DNA of 57,171 nucleotides, from contig JBAZQO010000002.1 of the NCBI GenBank assembly GCA_041645145.1, forward strand, positions 1 through 57,171, in the 5' to 3' direction. The DNA is from Candidatus Omnitrophota bacterium. GTDB taxonomy: Bacteria; Omnitrophota; Gorgyraeia; Gygaellales; Profunditerraquicolaceae. Each line of letters starts with the position of its first letter. Positions within the stretch are counted from its first letter, which is position 1. Position numbers and translations under genes: made by a program. Positions 54,281 through 57,171 of this stretch are shown here, in pieces. The notes beneath the pieces are model-generated. The model was given only the letters and a program-made list of their open reading frames with translations, did not search any database and was not told the DNA's origin.

Positions 54281-56781
54281 AAATCGTAAAAACGGGCTTT
54301 ACAATCATTATTATTTTAACTTTAGCGGTTGATTCCCTTGCTTTGTCTGCCGGTTCAGCCGCGGCAAAGGAAACCGAGATCCTTTTTATGGCCAAAAAGG
54401 CATACGAGGACGGTTTTTACGAGGTCAGCCTGGGGATGCTGGAGCGTTTTCAAAAAGAGTTCCCGGGCTCAACTAAAGCAATGGAGGCCCGCCTTTTAAC
54501 GGGTGAGTGTTATTTTTATCAGGGTCGCTATCTGGAGGCATTAAATATTCTCGAAGGATTATTGGATGAGCCTGGTTCCAAGGATTTCAGGGACGCTGTT
54601 TATTTCTGGATTGGCGAGGTGCATTTTAAAGGCAATAATTACGAGAAGGCGGCAGCCTTTTATGAATCGGTGATCAAGGACTTTCCGCAGTCATTTTATA
54701 CGCCGGCAGCGTATTATTCGCTGGGCTGGTCATTTTCTCTTTTGGGAAAATACAGCCAGGCCTTGCAGGCCTTTGAACTCCTACGGGGAAAATTCCCCAA
54801 AGAACCTCAAAGTAAAGATGCCGCTTTCAAGATAATCGAGTGTCTCTACAATCTTAAGGAATACTCCTATTTGAGAAACAGGATCAAGCCTTATTTTAAA
54901 CTTTACGCGGATGACGCATTACGCCTATCTTATTTGTATTTTTACCTGGCTGAATCTGATTATTACCTGAATAACCTTGAGGAGGCAGCCGGTAGTTACC
55001 TTAAATCCTCTCAGGTGACCGGGGATGATAAGGTCAGAGGGCTGGCTCACTTAGGGTTGGCCTGGTCTTATCTTAAGCTTAAAAGATATAAAGAAGCGGA
55101 GGAAGTTTTCGCGGATATCAAGCAATCCGGTTTAGATAAGAAGAGTATGGATATCCTGTTATTGGGCCAGGCAGTGTTGATGTTTCAGACCAACAGGGTG
55201 TATGAGTCAAAGAAGATTTATGACCAGATTATTAGTGTAAGCAGCGATCCCCTAATATTAGTCCAGGCTTATTTGGGCAAAGCCGACACGCTATATAATC
55301 TCGCAGAATACGCCGGAGCAGCAAAAGTATATAAGGAAGGCCTGGATAAAACAGATAAAGACAGCGGAAAGGCTGGCGTGCCTGCGGAGCTGATAAATAA
55401 ACTGCGTTATAACTTAATCCTGGCTTACATTAAACAGGGCCAGTTGCAGCCGGCAATAGAGGAACTTAAGAATTTCGCCGGAAAGAGCCCTGACCAGGAA
55501 GCAAGGGTTGGCGCGTTTTCTCAAATCGGGGACGCTTATCAGAATAGCGGTGAATTTGCCAAGGCAGAAGAAACTTACGCAAATATCCTCAAAGATTACC
55601 CCAATTCATCCTACGGCGATTACGTGCAATATCAGCTGGGTGTGGTACAGTTAAAGAAAGAAGACTTAACGGCAGCAATAGCATCATTTAAGCTTATGAT
55701 TAAGAATTACGCGCAGTCAAGGCTGCTGGATGACGTGGTTTATTCCCTGGGTTTGGTTTATTTCCAGAAGGAAGATTATATTGCCGCTTGTGACATTTTT
55801 ACTAAGTTTCAAAGTAAGTTCAAGGATAGCCCGCTAGCCGCCAAAGCCCTTTATATGCTGGGGGTATGTTTTCTTAACCTGGGTAAACCAAACGAAGCGC
55901 TTTTTGTCTTTAAGGATATTAGCAGGCAGAATCCACAGGATACCGAATTATTTCAAAAAGCCGAATATGAAGTTGCAGATTGTTATTATAAATTAGGCCA
56001 GGAAAAAGAGGCGGTTAACCGGTTTAAGCTTTTGCGCGCCAGATATCCTGATTCAAAGGTTACCCCGGAAATTATGTGGTGGCTGGGGCAGTATTATTAC
56101 CGGCATGATGACCTGAATTTGGCAGGCAGATATTTCAGTTCTTTGGTCAGGGATTTTCCCGACAGCAATCTGGCCGGAGATGCTTTTTATGCCTTGGGTT
56201 TAACTTTTAGCGAGGAAGGCAAGCTTACGCAGGCAGCTGATAATTTTAAAATGGCAATTAAACTTGGCAATGCCGGTATAAAAGGCCAAGCCGCAATAGC
56301 TTTAGGGGATCTTTATTGCCGGGAAGGAAAGTTTGAAGAGGCGCTCGCCAAATATAAGGAGATAATCAGGGATAACCCGGATATAGGTAAGCTGCTTTTT
56401 TCCCAAATTGCGCAGACTTATTACAAAATTGGAGATTATGACGGGGCAAAATTATTCTATTCCAAAAGCCTTGAGGCCGCCGGCGCTAAGGAGGCATCCG
56501 GCATCCGGTTTGGTTTAGCCGAGGCGCTTGAGGCCAAGTCGGATTTTGACGCGGCAATCCAGCAGTACCTTTTGGCGGCCAGCCTTTATACAGGGCAGGG
56601 GGAGTTATTTTCGCGCGCGCTTTTACGCGCAGCCAAACTTTATGAAGATAAGGAAAATTTCAAAGAAGCGCTGAAGATTTATAGGCGGATTATCCAGAAG
56701 GGCGCACCCGAGGCAGAATTTGCCCAGGAAAGAATAGACTGGATTAACACGAACGTGAGGGTAAAATATCCCGCCTCATAA
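54277..56781 (+). CDS. Secreted tetratricopeptide-repeat protein (YbgF/BamD-like TPR units)
   Basis: N-terminal signal sequence, then more than 15 repeats of the pattern A.Y.LG.CY...G.Y..A...F..L...YP.S. The last 4-5 codons and the stop (YPAS*) lie inside repeat family D. Confidence 0.85.
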   Translation: MKIVKTGFTIIIILTLAVDSLALSAGSAAAKETEILFMAKKAYEDGFYEVSLGMLERFQKEFPGSTKAMEARLLTGECYFYQGRYLEALNILEGLLDEPGSKDFRDAVYFWIGEVHFKGNNYEKAAAFYESVIKDFPQSFYTPAAYYSLGWSFSLLGKYSQALQAFELLRGKFPKEPQSKDAAFKIIECLYNLKEYSYLRNRIKPYFKLYADDALRLSYLYFYLAESDYYLNNLEEAAGSYLKSSQVTGDDKVRGLAHLGLAWSYLKLKRYKEAEEVFADIKQSGLDKKSMDILLLGQAVLMFQTNRVYESKKIYDQIISVSSDPLILVQAYLGKADTLYNLAEYAGAAKVYKEGLDKTDKDSGKAGVPAELINKLRYNLILAYIKQGQLQPAIEELKNFAGKSPDQEARVGAFSQIGDAYQNSGEFAKAEETYANILKDYPNSSYGDYVQYQLGVVQLKKEDLTAAIASFKLMIKNYAQSRLLDDVVYSLGLVYFQKEDYIAACDIFTKFQSKFKDSPLAAKALYMLGVCFLNLGKPNEALFVFKDISRQNPQDTELFQKAEYEVADCYYKLGQEKEAVNRFKLLRARYPDSKVTPEIMWWLGQYYYRHDDLNLAGRYFSSLVRDFPDSNLAGDAFYALGLTFSEEGKLTQAADNFKMAIKLGNAGIKGQAAIALGDLYCREGKFEEALAKYKEIIRDNPDIGKLLFSQIAQTYYKIGDYDGAKLFYSKSLEAAGAKEASGIRFGLAEALEAKSDFDAAIQQYLLAASLYTGQGELFSRALLRAAKLYEDKENFKEALKIYRRIIQKGAPEAEFAQERIDWINTNVRVKYPAS

Positions 56782-56845
56782 CCTATGCCAAAATTCTCTC
56801 GCCTGCCTTTGGCAGGCGCGACAATTTTGGCATATTCGGCGGGAT
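56768..56845. repeat. Palindromic repeat family D, copy 2
   Basis: Same basal stems as copy 1 (ATCCCGCC/GGCGGGAT and TATGCCAAAATT/AATTTTGGCATA). An extra nested 8-bp GC hairpin (CGCCTGCC-TTT-GGCAGGCG) sits in the apical loop. The element overlaps the stop of the TPR gene. Confidence 0.9.
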
Positions 56846-56883
56846 TTCGCTAGATAAAAGCTTAAAGGAGCTCAAGAAAGTAG

Positions 56884-56911
56884 TTGACTTATCTTAAAAT
56901 CTTTATAAAAT
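56884..56911 (+). promoter_or_regulatory. Candidate sigma-70-type promoter for the small wHTH gene
   Basis: TTGACT (56884-56889), a 16-nt spacer, then TAAAAT (56906-56911). A GGAGGG RBS lies at 56921-56926. Confidence 0.5.
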
Positions 56912-56930
56912 AGACTAAACGGAGGGAATC

Positions 56931-57137
56931 ATGATTACTGAGATTGGTATAATCGCCGGGGAAATCTGGCATTTTCTGGATCAAAAACAAGAGGTTAGTT
57001 TAGAGGATTTAATTAAAGGTATTGACCGCCCGCGGGATAATGTTTTAATGAGCTTAGGCTGGCTTGCCCGAGAAGGCCATGTTATTTTACTGCAAGTAAA
57101 TAAAGACTACCGGATTTCCCTAAGGAAAGATGCTTAA
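56931..57137 (+). CDS. Small winged-helix protein (DUF2582-like)
   Basis: A 68-aa protein. AGEIWHFL......SLEDL.........V.MSLGWLAREGHV matches my recollection of the DUF2582 wHTH family. Good RBS. Confidence 0.6.
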   Translation: MITEIGIIAGEIWHFLDQKQEVSLEDLIKGIDRPRDNVLMSLGWLAREGHVILLQVNKDYRISLRKDA

Positions 57138-57171
57138 TCGCGGAAGAAAAGGAATAGCCCTTTTTATTGTT

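Noticed and set aside
916-56845. Whether the dispersed palindromic repeats could be a CRISPR array or its remnants.
   Set aside because: Copies are tens of kb apart and are not arranged as regularly spaced repeat-spacer units. They are strongly self-complementary, and no cas genes are present.
56884-56891. TTGACTTA occurs downstream of both family D copies (6884 and 56884), which hinted at a shared promoter module.
   Set aside because: The distances from the repeat differ (12 vs 39 nt). Only the 56884 copy has a plausible -10, and an 8-mer match is weak evidence.

Overview
This is a bacterial chromosomal segment with 56 protein-coding genes, all on the + strand. I found no rRNA, tRNA, CRISPR array or transposase gene. 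Most of the window is core housekeeping and amino-acid or lipid biosynthesis, packed into long, tightly spaced gene strings:
- recA(partial)-recX
- alaS-hisDBHA-(lipoprotein)-hisFI-trpE
- rpsP-yajC-secDF-recG-rsmD-coaD
- yceD-rpmF-plsX-fabHDG-acpP-fabF, running straight into leuCDB-asd-truA
- rplM-rpsI
- a complete argCJBDFGH
- lysA-dapFAB-dapL-folK-panC-nadX-like
- uvrA, a large TPR protein and a small wHTH protein

Four things are not explained by ordinary annotation.
1. The only accessory-looking block (44.4-51.4 kb) alternates two B12-binding radical SAM enzymes with two large GT-C-like membrane proteins (YfhO-like and DUF2079-like). An internally duplicated, lysine-rich 79-aa protein lies just upstream. 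I do not recognise this cassette as a characterised pathway.
2. At least four families of short palindromic repeats (10 copies) sit at gene boundaries. Three families share a GGGGAC...GTCCCC clamp and one carries a REP-like GTAG head. Several copies run into coding sequence: in frame inside alaS, and supplying the last codons and stop of hisA, the TPR gene and panC.
3. Two single-gene low-GC patches (argH and most of hisB) sit inside otherwise higher-GC operons, each directly downstream of one of these repeats. This suggests xenologous gene replacement.
4. There are candidate cis-regulatory features: a consensus promoter plus structured leader ahead of argC, and a consensus extended -10 promoter that would make rplM essentially leaderless.

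All functional calls come from motif and synteny recognition by eye. No database search was run.
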